Shown: in pieces, positions 36,905 to 48,145 of the stretch
Position numbering within the stretch: position 1 is the first letter of the stretch
Layout of the letters: each line of letters starts with the position of its first letter
Source of the DNA: Candidatus Eiseniibacteriota bacterium
GTDB lineage: Bacteria; Eisenbacteria; RBG-16-71-46
Assembly (NCBI GenBank): GCA_044223005.1
Contig: JBGAML010000010.1
Location: 64,001 to 128,000, forward strand
Reading direction: 5' to 3'
DNA length: 64,000 bases
Notes under the pieces: generated by a model
The model's database searches: none
What the model was told of the DNA's origin: nothing
What the model saw: the letters and a program-made list of their open reading frames with translations, nothing else
Made by a program: the position numbers and the translations under genes

Positions 36905-39058
36905 ATGCGCCGCTCGTTCCGTCTTCTCGGCCCCCTGCTCGCGCTGACCCTCGCCCTCGCGCCGGCGCCGCCCGCGCGCGCGGCGTGGATCGTCGCGCAA
37001 CTGGCGCCCGCACCCACGGCCGCTCCCGCACCCGCACGCGGCACCGCACGGCTGCGCGCGTCGCGCCCCGACGCCGCGGCGCTCGCGGCCGCGGCGCCGC
37101 GGCTCGCCGCGCTGGGCATGGTGCCGCGCCGCGCGTTCCTCGACGCGCTGCCCGCGCCGGCGGCGTCGGCGCACCCGCAACCGCTGCCGGAGGGGTTCGC
37201 GCCCGAGCGGATCGTGCTCGTCGAAGCGCCCGCCGACACCGGCGCCGCGGACGCCGTGCGCGCGCTGGTCGCGCGCGGGCTCGCCGACTGGGCCGAGCCG
37301 CTGCGCACGCGCACCGTCGAAGCGGCGCCGCTCGACACGCTGCCCGGCGAGTCGCTGTTGCGCGACGGGCACCAGTGGTTCCTCTGGAACCTCGGGCTCG
37401 CGGGCGGCAGTCCCTACGGCGGGCTCGCGCGCGCCGACGCGCACGTCGTCGAGGCCTGGCGCGTCACCACCGGCGACGAACGGATCAAGCTCGCGATCGC
37501 CGACACGGGAATCGACCCGGCGCAACCCGAGCTGGGCGGCGCGCTCGCCGACGGCTCGCCGCGCATCGTCGACGCGCTCAACGTCACGGGCGAGCCGGTC
37601 GCGGCGGTGGGCGATTCGTTCGGGCACGGCACCCCGGTCGCGGGCATCGCGGCCGCGCGCACCAACGACGGCCCGCACTTCTCGGGGCGCGGCGTCGCGG
37701 GCGTGTGCGGCGGCGACGGGTTCACGTCGGCGGGCTGCCGCATCGTGCCGATCAAGATCGCGCCCGGGCACTCGGGCGAAGCGTCGTCGTTCGACATCGC
37801 ACGCGCGATTCTGCACGCCACCGACGTGGGCGCGCGCGCCATGAATCTTTCGTTCGCCGGGACCGGCTCGAGCCGGCTCGAGCGGCTCGCGCTGGGCTAC
37901 GCGATCGTGCGCGGCTGCGTGGTGGTGGTCGCCGCGGGCAACAAGGGCGCGGGCATCTTCGCGACCCAGCCGCAGTACCCGGCGGCCTACGCCGTGGACG
38001 GGCTCTGCGTGCAGGTCGGCGCGAGCGACGAGAACGACGCGCGCACGGTGTGGTCCTCGTACGGTCCCGGGCTCGACCTCGTCGCGCCCGGCACCGACAT
38101 GTGGGCGCCATGGATGACGTATCCCAGCACCAACGGCGCGAGCTACGACGGCTACGTGCCGGTCGCCGGCACGTCGTACGCGGCGCCGGTCGTGACCGGC
38201 GCGATCGGGCTGCTCGCGAGCATGCGCCCCGACCTCGCCGACACGGACATCCAGCACGTCCTGCGCGAGAGCGCACACGACATCGGTACGCCGGGCCCCG
38301 ACGCGAAGACGGGCTGGGGCCGGCTCGACGTCGGCGCCGCGCTCGCCGCCGTGCCGGCGCGCTTCGGCCTGTGGCACGACGAGGTCGCGGCGCAGGCGTT
38401 CGCCCCCGACACCACGGCCGACACGCTGGTGATCGGCGAGAGCGGCCCGGGAACGCTCGACCGCTGGAGCGGCGCGCTGCCCGCGCAGCGCTGGGCCGCG
38501 ACGGCCACGGTGACCCTGCCGGACTCGTTCGCATGGGGCGATTCGGTGCGCGTGTGGGTGCGCGTCGGCGGCACACTGGCCGCGCGCGGCGACTACCAGC
38601 TGCCGTGGTTCGCGCCGACCGCGCAGGTGATCGCGCGCACGAACCGCACGTTCACGCTGCGCGGCTGGCTCTACCGCGCCGACCGCGACACGTGCGCGAC
38701 CTGCCCGGAAACCTGGATCCCGCTGCCGCCGGAGTACGTGCGCTTCGGCTTCAGCGTGCTGGGGCCCGTCGTGCGCGACTCGCTGCGCGCCCCGGAGTCG
38801 GTACCGCCGCCGGCGACCCTGGTCGCGGGGCCGAGCCCGTTCCGCGACGCGCTCGTCCTGCGGCTGCCGGCCGCGGGCGAGGTGCGCGTGCTCGACGCCA
38901 CGGGCCGCGTGGTGCGCGCGTTCCGCGCCGGCGCGGGCGACGCGCGCTGGGACGGCCGTGACGGCGACGGCCGCGTGGCGCGGCCGGGGCTCTATTTCGT
39001 CCGCTGGCGCGGAGGGACGGAATCGCGCACCGTACGCGTCGTGAAGCTCGGCTCGTAG
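36905..39058 (+). CDS. S8 subtilisin-like serine protease with C-terminal sorting domain
   Basis: Catalytic triad IADTG, HGTPVAG, GTSYAAP; oxyanion motif AAGN; C-terminus VLDATGRVV...WDGRD...GLYFVR. Confidence 0.92.
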   Translation: MRRSFRLLGPLLALTLALAPAPPARAAWIVAQLAPAPTAAPAPARGTARLRASRPDAAALAAAAPRLAALGMVPRRAFLDALPAPAASAHPQPLPEGFAPERIVLVEAPADTGAADAVRALVARGLADWAEPLRTRTVEAAPLDTLPGESLLRDGHQWFLWNLGLAGGSPYGGLARADAHVVEAWRVTTGDERIKLAIADTGIDPAQPELGGALADGSPRIVDALNVTGEPVAAVGDSFGHGTPVAGIAAARTNDGPHFSGRGVAGVCGGDGFTSAGCRIVPIKIAPGHSGEASSFDIARAILHATDVGARAMNLSFAGTGSSRLERLALGYAIVRGCVVVVAAGNKGAGIFATQPQYPAAYAVDGLCVQVGASDENDARTVWSSYGPGLDLVAPGTDMWAPWMTYPSTNGASYDGYVPVAGTSYAAPVVTGAIGLLASMRPDLADTDIQHVLRESAHDIGTPGPDAKTGWGRLDVGAALAAVPARFGLWHDEVAAQAFAPDTTADTLVIGESGPGTLDRWSGALPAQRWAATATVTLPDSFAWGDSVRVWVRVGGTLAARGDYQLPWFAPTAQVIARTNRTFTLRGWLYRADRDTCATCPETWIPLPPEYVRFGFSVLGPVVRDSLRAPESVPPPATLVAGPSPFRDALVLRLPAAGEVRVLDATGRVVRAFRAGAGDARWDGRDGDGRVARPGLYFVRWRGGTESRTVRVVKLGS

Positions 39059-39081
39059 GTCATGGCCCGGAGAGCCCGCCC

Positions 39082-40320
39082 GTGAACGCCCGCCGCCTCG
39101 TTCCGCTCGTCCTCACCGCCGCGCTCGCCGGCTGTTCGCCGGCCGCCGCGCCGCCGGAGTGGTCGTCCGTGCGCGAGGTGACACCGGCGTTCCTCGCGAA
39201 CGCGCCGGCGTTCGAGCCCTCGCTCGCCGCCGACGCACGCGGGCGCGTCGCGCTCGCGTACGTGACGCGCGGCGACGCGGGCGCCGATCTCTGGCTCGCG
39301 CTCTCGGCGGATTCGGGCGCGCACTTCGGGGCGCCGCAGCGGCTCAACGCGCGCGCCGGCAAGGTGAGTTCGTACCCCGAGAGCCGGCCGGTGCTCGCGT
39401 GGGTCGCAGGCGGACGGCTGGTCGTGGGCTGGGCGAGCGCACGCGACACGGGGCAGATGGCGGACGACATCGTCGTGCGCGCGAGCGGGGACGACGGCGC
39501 GTCGTTCGGCCCCGAAGTGTTCCTCAACCACGACCGCGACCGCCCGGGGTCCGCGTACCACGGCTTCCTCGTGCTGCACGCGACGCCCGGCGGCCGCGTG
39601 AGCGCGGCGTGGGTGGACGGCCGCGACGCCGATCCCGCCTCGGGCCCGGAACCGTTCCGCGCCTCGATCTACGCCGCGAGCAGCGACGACGGCGGCGAGC
39701 GCTGGAGCGCCGAGCAGCGCGTCACCGACGCCGCGTGCCCGTGCTGCCGGCCCGGGCTCGTGGCGAGCGACGGCGGGCTCGTGGCGCTCGCGTACCGCGG
39801 CGAACGCGACAGCCTCCGCGACCCGCGGCTCGCGATCTCGCGCGACGGCGGCGTCACGTTCCGCACCGACACGCTGGTCTCCGCCGACCGCTGGAAGCTC
39901 GCCGGCTGCCCGTCGACGGGCCCGGCGATCTCGTTCCGGCGCGGCGGCGGCTGGATCGCGTGGTTCACGGGCGCCGGCGCGGCGCCGGGCGTCTACGCCG
40001 CGACGTGGCGGGGCGACGCCGACGCCACCGGCTCGCCACAGCCGCTCGGCGACGGCCTCGCCGAGGCGCAGCACCCGCAGCTCGCCGCGTTCGGACCGGT
40101 CACGCTCGCCGGCGTGCTCGGCCGCACGAAGGACGGCCGTCGGACCTTCGCGCTCCGCACCCTCGCCGACGACGGCACCGCGTCGCCCTGGCTGTTGCTG
40201 GGCGCGAACGCGAGCGCGCCGGCCCTGGCCGTCGCGGGCGCGAACCACGCGCTGGCCGCCTGGGTCGAGCCGGCCGGGGCCGCCTCGCGCGTGCGCCTGG
40301 TGCGCGTGACACGGCGCTGA
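39082..40320 (+). CDS. BNR/sialidase-fold lipoprotein
   Basis: Lipobox LAGC; Asp boxes SADSGAHF, SGDDGASF, SDDGGERW, SRDGGVTF; Cys motifs CPCCR and GCPSTGP. Confidence 0.82.
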   Translation: MNARRLVPLVLTAALAGCSPAAAPPEWSSVREVTPAFLANAPAFEPSLAADARGRVALAYVTRGDAGADLWLALSADSGAHFGAPQRLNARAGKVSSYPESRPVLAWVAGGRLVVGWASARDTGQMADDIVVRASGDDGASFGPEVFLNHDRDRPGSAYHGFLVLHATPGGRVSAAWVDGRDADPASGPEPFRASIYAASSDDGGERWSAEQRVTDAACPCCRPGLVASDGGLVALAYRGERDSLRDPRLAISRDGGVTFRTDTLVSADRWKLAGCPSTGPAISFRRGGGWIAWFTGAGAAPGVYAATWRGDADATGSPQPLGDGLAEAQHPQLAAFGPVTLAGVLGRTKDGRRTFALRTLADDGTASPWLLLGANASAPALAVAGANHALAAWVEPAGAASRVRLVRVTRR

Positions 40321-40492
40321 CGTCCCGGCGCCGGGGCGCACGCGACGGACGCGGTCCGGACGCGCGCACGGTGATTGAAGCGCGCGAAAGCCCCGGTGTA
40401 CCCTCGTGGGCCACGATGACGCACGGCGGAGCGTCCGGTCGCATTCCGGCCCCGCCGCACCAGCCCGAACGGGCATCCCTCCCGAGGCGCGA

Positions 40493-41485
<993 letters not shown>

Positions 41486-41521
41486 CGCGCGGCGACCGCC
41501 GTTCCACCCGCGAGGCCCCGC

Positions 41522-42886
41522 ATGAGCGCTCCCGCGCTGCGCCGCCAGATCGGGCTGTACGCCGCGACCGCGATCACCGTCGGCAACATCGTCGGCTCGG
41601 GCATCTTCCGCTCGCCGCACACCGTGGCGCAGGAGCTGCCGGGCTTCGGGCCGGTGATCCTGGCGTGGATCGTGGGCGGCATCCTCTCGATCTGCGGCTC
41701 GCTCGTGCTGACCGAGCTCGCCGTGCGGCACCCCAGGACCGGCGGGCTCTACGTGTTCATCCGCGAGGGCTTCGGCGACGCGTGGGGCTTCGTGTTCGGC
41801 TGGGCGAACCTGTGGGTGATCAAGCCGACCGTGATCGCGTCGATCACCAGCGTGTTCGCGCTCTACTTCTGCCAGGTGCTGGGGGTCGGGCACGCGGCCG
41901 AGCTGCCCGTCGGCTGCGCCGCGATCTTCCTGCTGACGTTCGTCAACGGGCTGGGCGTGAAGGAGGGCGCCGGCACGCAGTCGGTCTTCACCACCGCCAA
42001 GGTGATCGGCATCGCGGCGCTCTGCGTGCTCGCGTTCACGCTGCCCGCGACGCACCCGGCGACGCCGCTCGAGACCGCGAAGACGGCCGGCAACGCGGGC
42101 CACCCGCTGCTGCTCGCGTTCGCGCTCTCCATGATCACGATCCTGTTCGCCTACGACGGCTGGACCGACTCCACGTACGTGGCCGGCGAGGTGATCGACC
42201 CGCAGCGCACCATGCCGATCGCGATCCTCGGTGGGACATGGCTCGTGATCGCGGTCTACGTCGTGACCAACTTCGCCTACTACCACGTGCTTTCGCCCAA
42301 CGAGGTCGCGGGCTACGAGGCGGTCGGCTCCGAGACGATCCACCGCCTGCTCGGCGACTGGGGCATGCGCGCGCTCGCGGTGCTGGTCGCGGTGTCGACG
42401 TTCGGCACGACCAACGGCGCCATCCTCACCGGGCCGCGCGTGACGCAGGCCGCGGCGGCCGACGGCCTGCTGTGGAAGCCGCTCGCGGCGCTCGACCGCA
42501 AGCGCGAGACGCCGACGACGGCGCTGTGGCTGCAGGCGGTGCTCTCGTGCGTGTGGCTCTGGGCCGCGGGCGGGTTCGAGGACGTCTCGGGCTGGTTCGT
42601 CACCACCTCATGGGCGTTCTACGCCGTCACCACGGCGACGATCTTCGTCCAGCGCGCCCGCGAAGCGCGCGGGCAGCAGGAGCGCGCGAGCTACCGCACG
42701 CCGCTCTACCCGATCGTGCCGATCGTGTTCCTCGCCGTGACGGGCATCATCATCTGGAGCGACTTCACGAACAGCGGCGCCATCCCCGGCACGCCGATCC
42801 CGCGCGCCATGGCCGGCGTGCTGATCGCCGCGACGGGCTTCCCGGTCTACTGGATCTGGAAGGCGCGCGCGCGCAGGACCGCATGA
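41522..42886 (+). CDS. APC family amino acid permease
   Basis: Motifs VGSGIF, TGGLY, FAYDGW, GEV.DPQRT.P; about 12 TM helices. Confidence 0.92.
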   Translation: MSAPALRRQIGLYAATAITVGNIVGSGIFRSPHTVAQELPGFGPVILAWIVGGILSICGSLVLTELAVRHPRTGGLYVFIREGFGDAWGFVFGWANLWVIKPTVIASITSVFALYFCQVLGVGHAAELPVGCAAIFLLTFVNGLGVKEGAGTQSVFTTAKVIGIAALCVLAFTLPATHPATPLETAKTAGNAGHPLLLAFALSMITILFAYDGWTDSTYVAGEVIDPQRTMPIAILGGTWLVIAVYVVTNFAYYHVLSPNEVAGYEAVGSETIHRLLGDWGMRALAVLVAVSTFGTTNGAILTGPRVTQAAAADGLLWKPLAALDRKRETPTTALWLQAVLSCVWLWAAGGFEDVSGWFVTTSWAFYAVTTATIFVQRAREARGQQERASYRTPLYPIVPIVFLAVTGIIIWSDFTNSGAIPGTPIPRAMAGVLIAATGFPVYWIWKARARRTA

Positions 42887-43668
42887 GCGAACCGCTCTAT
42901 CGCGACAGCGCGCTGTACGACGCCATCTACGGCGATCTCGTCGCCGACGTGCCGTTCTTCGCGCGGCTCGCCCGCGAGGCGGGCGGCCCGGTGCTCGAAG
43001 TCTGCTGCGGGAACGGCCGGCTGCTCGTGCCCGCGCGCGAAGCGGGCGCCGACGTGGACGGCATCGACCTGGCGCCGGCCATGCTCGACGGCCTGCGCGC
43101 GAAGCTCGCCGCGCGCGGGCTCGCGGCCGACGTCCGCTGCGCCGACATGCGCACGTTCGAGCTGTCGCGGCGGTACGCGCTCGTGTTCGTGGGCTTCAAC
43201 TCGTTCCTCCACAACCTCACGCAGGCCGACCAGCTCGCGACGCTGCAGCGCTGCCGCGCGCACCTCGCGCCGGGAGGCCGGCTGGCGATCGCGGTGTTCC
43301 ATCCCAAGGCGCAGGCGCTGATCGACTGGGCGGCGGGCGAGAAGCTGGCCAAGGAGGTCGCGGACCCGGCCGGCACCGGGCGCGTGCGCGTGATCGATCA
43401 CGCGGTCGACGACCGCGTCGAGCAGGTGCGCCGTGTCGCGCGGCGCGTCGAGTTCCTGGATGCCGCGGGCACGGTCGTGCGCACCGAGCAGGCGCCGTTC
43501 GAGCTGCGCTACGTCTACAAGCCGGAGATGGAGCTGCTGCTGCGCACCGCGGGGTTCGCCCGGTGGACCGTGCAGCCGCTGGATCCCGGCGCCGACGGCG
43601 GGCTCGCTCCCGCGGACCGGACTCCACAGGAAGGGGACACCCTGCTGTGGACGGCGTGGCAGGATTGA
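42883..43668 (+). CDS. Class I SAM-dependent methyltransferase
   Basis: ATGA overlap with the permease stop; motifs VLEVCCGNGR, GIDL, ADMR, HLAPGGRL. Confidence 0.9.
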   Translation: MSEPLYRDSALYDAIYGDLVADVPFFARLAREAGGPVLEVCCGNGRLLVPAREAGADVDGIDLAPAMLDGLRAKLAARGLAADVRCADMRTFELSRRYALVFVGFNSFLHNLTQADQLATLQRCRAHLAPGGRLAIAVFHPKAQALIDWAAGEKLAKEVADPAGTGRVRVIDHAVDDRVEQVRRVARRVEFLDAAGTVVRTEQAPFELRYVYKPEMELLLRTAGFARWTVQPLDPGADGGLAPADRTPQEGDTLLWTAWQD

Positions 43669-43672
43669 GCGC

Positions 43673-44602
43673 ATGAGCACGCCCCCCACCGGCACGCGCG
43701 CGGGCGCCGAAGCGCGCCGCTACCTCGATCCGGCGATCGTCGCGCGCCTCGCGCATCTCGACGTGCGCGCGCGGCTCGTGGTCGAGGGCTTCATCGCCGG
43801 CATGCACCGCTCGCCGTTCCACGGCTTCAGCGTCGAGTTCGCCGAGCACCGGCCGTACATGCCGGGCGACCCGCTCAAGAACCTCGACTGGAAGGTGCTC
43901 GCCAAGAGCGACCGCTACCTCGTGAAGCAGTACACCGAGGAGACGAACCTCCGCTGCCACCTGCTGGTCGACCTCTCGGGCTCGATGAAGTTCCAGTCGG
44001 CGCGCGCGAGCCTGTCCAAGCTCGAGTACGCCCGCTCGCTGGCCGCGGCGCTCGCGTACCTCATGCTCGGCCAGCAGGACGCGGTCGGCGCGCTGCTGTT
44101 CGCCGAGCAGCCGATCTCGTTCGTGCCCGCGCGCTCGGTGCGCTCGCACCTCGACGTGCTCCTCAAGACGCTCGCCGCCGGCCAGCCCCAGGGCCGCACG
44201 CGGCTGGGCCCGGCGCTGCACGAGCTCGCCGAGCGCATCAAGCGCCGCGGCCTGGTCGTGCTGCTCTCGGACCTGATGGACAAGCCCGAGGACGTGCTGG
44301 CCGGCCTGCAGCACTTCCGCCACCGGCACCACGAGGTGATCGTCTTCCACGTGCTCGACCCGGACGAGATCGAGTTCCCCTTCCACGACACGGCGACGTT
44401 CGTGGACCTGGAGACGGGCGAGCGGCTGACGACCGAGCCGTGGGAGATCGGCGCGCGCTACCGCGAACGCCTCGAAGCGTGGCGCAACCGCTACCAGCGC
44501 GCCTGCCGCGAGCAGCTCGTGGACTACGTGCCGCTCGACACGCGCACGCCGTTCGATCGCGCGCTGCTGGCGTACCTCGAGAAGCGGGCGAAGCTGCTGT
44601 GA
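43673..44602 (+). CDS. DUF58 domain protein (MoxR partner, vWA-like)
   Basis: Motifs GMHRS...GFSVEFAEHRPY.PGD, DWK, VKQY.EET, VDLSGSM. Confidence 0.93.
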   Translation: MSTPPTGTRAGAEARRYLDPAIVARLAHLDVRARLVVEGFIAGMHRSPFHGFSVEFAEHRPYMPGDPLKNLDWKVLAKSDRYLVKQYTEETNLRCHLLVDLSGSMKFQSARASLSKLEYARSLAAALAYLMLGQQDAVGALLFAEQPISFVPARSVRSHLDVLLKTLAAGQPQGRTRLGPALHELAERIKRRGLVVLLSDLMDKPEDVLAGLQHFRHRHHEVIVFHVLDPDEIEFPFHDTATFVDLETGERLTTEPWEIGARYRERLEAWRNRYQRACREQLVDYVPLDTRTPFDRALLAYLEKRAKLL

Positions 44603-44639
44603 GCACGCGCCCGGCGGGCCGCCGCGCAGGAGACGCGGC

Positions 44640-46715
44640 GTGAACTTCCTCCAGCCGCTCTTCCTCGCGGGCCTCGCGGCCGCCGCGATCCCGATCCTGA
44701 TCCACCTCTTCACGCGGCGGCGCCCCAAGCCGGTCGAGTTCTCCTCGCTCGAGTTCCTCGCCGAGGTCCACCAGAGCGAGGTGCGCCGGCTCAAACTCCG
44801 CCAGTGGCTGCTGCTGCTCCTGCGCACGCTCGCGGTCGCCTGCCTCGCGCTCGCGCTCGCCCGCCCGGTGTCGCAGCGCGGCGCCGGCGCCACCGGCGGC
44901 TCGAGCAGCATCGTCGCGCTCGTCGACGTGAGCGGCAGCATGGGCGCGATCGGCACCGACGGCCGCCCGCTCACGGCGTCCGCGCGGCGCGTGGTCGACG
45001 ACCTCGTCGCCACGCTGGGCCCCGGCGACGAGATGTGGCTCGTGCCCTACGACCGCGCGCCGCGGCCGGTGTCCGAGAAGCCGCTCGGCGACGCGGGCCG
45101 CCTGCGCGCCGCCGCCAACGCGCTCGCGCCCGGCGCCGGCACGACCGACCACGTGGCGGCGCTCGAAGCCGCCGCACGCACGCTGCGCGAGGCGCACGCG
45201 CTCAACCGCGAGATCTTCTGGATCTCCGACTTCCAGCGCACCGGCCTCGCGCACGGCGCCGCCGCGCCGGGCCGTTTCACGGCGCCCGCCGGGCCGTGGG
45301 ACGCGGCGCGCGTCTACCTCGTGCCCATGACGCCGCGCAGCCGCGCCAACGCGGCGCTCACCGGCGCCGCCCTCGCGCCCGCCGACACCGGCGTCGCGCT
45401 GGCGGTGGACGGCGCGGCGTTCGGGATGACGGCCGGCGACCTGCCGGTCGAGGCGCGCGCGTTCGCGCCCGGCGGCGGTGCGGGCAACGCGCTCGGCCGC
45501 GGCTACCTCTCGCTGCCCGCGAACGGGCGCGCGTCGGCGCTCATGCCGCTCGCGGCGACGCCCGAAGCCGGCGGCGAGGCGCTGATCCCCGACGACGCGC
45601 TCGCGCTCGACAACCGGCGCGTGTTCGCGGCGGGCCGCGCCGGCACGCTGCACGTGCTGCTGCGCGAGGACGGGCCGCCGTCGGCGCTGCGCTTCGCGCT
45701 CGAGGCGGGCATGCCGGCATCGGGCCTCGACGTGCGCGCCGTCGACGCGGCGGGACTCGCCGCGCAGGCCGCCGACGCCGACGTGATCGTGATCGGCGAC
45801 GTCGAGCAGCTCGGCCCCGCCGAACTGCAGGCGACGCTCGACGTCGTCCGCGGCGGCGGCGCGCTGCTGCTGGTGCCGGGCACGCGCGCCGACGCCGCCG
45901 CGTGGAACGGCTCGCTGCTGCGCGAGCTGGGCGCCGGCACGCTGGGCGCGCCCGAGGCCGCGCCCGCGGGCGCGGCGTGGCGGCTGCGGCGCGAGGTCGC
46001 CGGGCATCCCGTCCTCGAGGGCTTCCCCGCGAGGCCGGGCGAGCCGCTCTCCGCGGCGAGTTTCACCACCGTGCGCGCGCTGCGCCCGGGCCCGAAGGCG
46101 CGCGTGCTCGCCGCGTTCGACCGCGCGCACCCGGCGCTGCTCGAGGTGCCCGGCGCGATCGTGCTGGCGACCCCGCTCGATCCGGCGAGCTCCGACTTCG
46201 CGCTCTCGGGTGCGTTCCTGCCGCTCGTGCACCAGTGCGCGCGCGTGCTCGGCCGCGGCACCGCCGCAGGCTCGTTCGTGCCGGGCGACGTGTGGCGCGC
46301 TCCGGCCGCCACCGGCACGTGGCGCGTGGTCGACGAGACGGGCCGCGAGGTCGCGCTCGGACCCGGTGCGGGCACCGCGCGGCTCGAAACGGCACCGCTC
46401 GAGCGCCCGGGTCTCTATCGCGTCTATCGCGGCGAGGAACTGCGCAGCACGTTCGCCGTGAACCCGGACCCGGCCGAGTCCGATCTCGCTCCGGCGCCCG
46501 AGGCCGAACTGCTCGCGGGCTTCCCGCGCGGCCGCGCGGCCGTGCTCGCCCCCGGCGCCGACCTCGCGCGCCGCGTGCGCGAGGCGCGCTACGGCCGCGA
46601 ACTCTGGCCGACGTTCGCGCTGCTCGCGCTGCTGCTGCTGGTCGCGGAATCCGTGCTCGGGCGGATCGGCATGCCGGCGGCCGCGCCGAAGCCCGGAACG
46701 CCCGCGCCGCGCTGA
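44640..46715 (+). CDS. BatA N-terminal domain plus vWA domain membrane protein
   Basis: N-terminus MNFLQPLFL...PILIHL...LALARP; MIDAS DVSGSM; C-terminal VN.DP.ESDL and TM helix. Confidence 0.88.
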   Translation: MNFLQPLFLAGLAAAAIPILIHLFTRRRPKPVEFSSLEFLAEVHQSEVRRLKLRQWLLLLLRTLAVACLALALARPVSQRGAGATGGSSSIVALVDVSGSMGAIGTDGRPLTASARRVVDDLVATLGPGDEMWLVPYDRAPRPVSEKPLGDAGRLRAAANALAPGAGTTDHVAALEAAARTLREAHALNREIFWISDFQRTGLAHGAAAPGRFTAPAGPWDAARVYLVPMTPRSRANAALTGAALAPADTGVALAVDGAAFGMTAGDLPVEARAFAPGGGAGNALGRGYLSLPANGRASALMPLAATPEAGGEALIPDDALALDNRRVFAAGRAGTLHVLLREDGPPSALRFALEAGMPASGLDVRAVDAAGLAAQAADADVIVIGDVEQLGPAELQATLDVVRGGGALLLVPGTRADAAAWNGSLLRELGAGTLGAPEAAPAGAAWRLRREVAGHPVLEGFPARPGEPLSAASFTTVRALRPGPKARVLAAFDRAHPALLEVPGAIVLATPLDPASSDFALSGAFLPLVHQCARVLGRGTAAGSFVPGDVWRAPAATGTWRVVDETGREVALGPGAGTARLETAPLERPGLYRVYRGEELRSTFAVNPDPAESDLAPAPEAELLAGFPRGRAAVLAPGADLARRVREARYGRELWPTFALLALLLLVAESVLGRIGMPAAAPKPGTPAPR

Positions 46716-46821
46716 CGAGCGCCGCCGCGAGTTCGCGGTGTGCGGCGCGCGTGATCGGGACTAGACTGCGTGCTTCCCCCGATTCGACGGCCGGCTTCCA
46801 CACGAGAAGGGGTGACCCCTC

Positions 46822-47604
46822 ATGGCGTACATGCCCCCGGAAACGGGCGCGGTCCCGCGGCAGCTGCATCCCATCGACGCGCTGGGCGCCGCATGGAACA
46901 CGTTCAAGAATCACGTCGGGCTCTGCCTCGGCGCCGCGGCGATCCTGTTCGTGGTGATCGTGGTCGGCGAGATGATCCCGTTCGTCAACCTCCTCTTCGG
47001 CATCCTCGTCGCGCCGGCCCTCGTGGCGGGCGGTGCGCGCTTCGTGGTCCGGCTCGCCCAGGGCGAACACCCGACCATCGAGTCGCTCTTCGACGGCTTC
47101 AAGCGCTGGGCGACGGTCACCGGCGTCTACTGGCTGCAGGCGGCGGGGGTACTGCTCATCCTCAGCCCGCTCCTCGTCACGATCATCACCGCCGTCGGCC
47201 TCGAGGCCTTCTCGCATCCCGATCAGTTCACGCGCGGACACAACCCGTTCCTCGTGCTCCCGGTGCTGGGCGCCGCCGCGATCTTCTACCCGCTCGCCAT
47301 CTGGTGGATGCTGCGGACGTGGCCCGCCACGTTCCTCGCCATGGAGCCGAAGGGCCCCGGCGCGGTGGATGCATTGAAGGGCGCGCTCGCCATGACGGCC
47401 GGGAACACGTGGCGTTCGCTCGGGATGTTCGCGCTCATGCTGCCGCTGGAGCTGGCCGGGCTCGCGGCGCTCTGCGTGGGCATCATCCCCGCGATGATCG
47501 TCTGCTACCTGCAGTGGGCCCACGGCTACCTGCAGCTGCGCGGCCCCGCCCCGTCCGCGCCGCTCGCCGGCGAGACGGCCCCGCCCGCGCCGACGATCGT
47601 CTGA
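46822..47604 (+). CDS. Integral membrane protein (DUF975-like)
   Basis: LFDGFK motif, A.DALK....T.GN, GLAALCVG; about 5-6 TM helices. Confidence 0.75.
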   Translation: MAYMPPETGAVPRQLHPIDALGAAWNTFKNHVGLCLGAAAILFVVIVVGEMIPFVNLLFGILVAPALVAGGARFVVRLAQGEHPTIESLFDGFKRWATVTGVYWLQAAGVLLILSPLLVTIITAVGLEAFSHPDQFTRGHNPFLVLPVLGAAAIFYPLAIWWMLRTWPATFLAMEPKGPGAVDALKGALAMTAGNTWRSLGMFALMLPLELAGLAALCVGIIPAMIVCYLQWAHGYLQLRGPAPSAPLAGETAPPAPTIV

Positions 47605-47616
47605 CGCGGTCCGCTC

Positions 47617-47652
47617 CGGCGCGACCCGTCGCGAGGGCGACGGGTCGCGCCG
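47617..47652. terminator. Hairpin between convergent genes
   Basis: CGGCGCGACCCGTCGC-gagg-GCGACGGGTCGCGCCG, a perfect 16-bp stem. Confidence 0.6.
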
Positions 47653-47659
47653 CGCGCGT

Positions 47660-48145
47660 TCAGCGGCCGGCCTCCACGCTCGAGAACATCACGAACGTGT
47701 GCGAATCGCCGACCGACCAGTGCGAGCAGTTCGCACCGAGCTGCCGCAGGATCTGCAGCCCCGTGGTCGGGTCGTGCGCGGTCACGGTGAGCGCGAGCAC
47801 CTGCCCCTGCGTGACACCGCTCCCGCTGGTGTCCGGGACGGTGTAGTTCTCCCAGTCGAGCTCGTACGCCGGCCGGCGGAACGAAAAGCCCGCGGGCAGG
47901 AAGCCCGTGAGACCAGCGGGGATGCTGCCGCTGGGCGCGTCTGCCGGATAGCTGCCCGTGGCCTCGAACTGGGCCACGACCCCGGCGCGGACGGCGTTGA
48001 AGTCGCCGAGCGCCTGCGACGCCACCGCCTCGCGGCGGATCGCGTCGTAGGCCGGGATCGAGATGCGCACGAGGATCGACACGACGCACAGCACGACCAT
48101 GGCCTCGACCAGCGTGAAGCCCGCGGCGGACCGCAACGCCTTCAT
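47660..48145 (-). CDS. Type IV pilin / T2SS pseudopilin-like protein
   Basis: Class III signal MKALRSAAG|FTLVEAMVV (G-1, F+1, E+5), followed by a hydrophobic helix. Confidence 0.88.
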   Translation of the reverse strand: MKALRSAAGFTLVEAMVVLCVVSILVRISIPAYDAIRREAVASQALGDFNAVRAGVVAQFEATGSYPADAPSGSIPAGLTGFLPAGFSFRRPAYELDWENYTVPDTSGSGVTQGQVLALTVTAHDPTTGLQILRQLGANCSHWSVGDSHTFVMFSSVEAGR

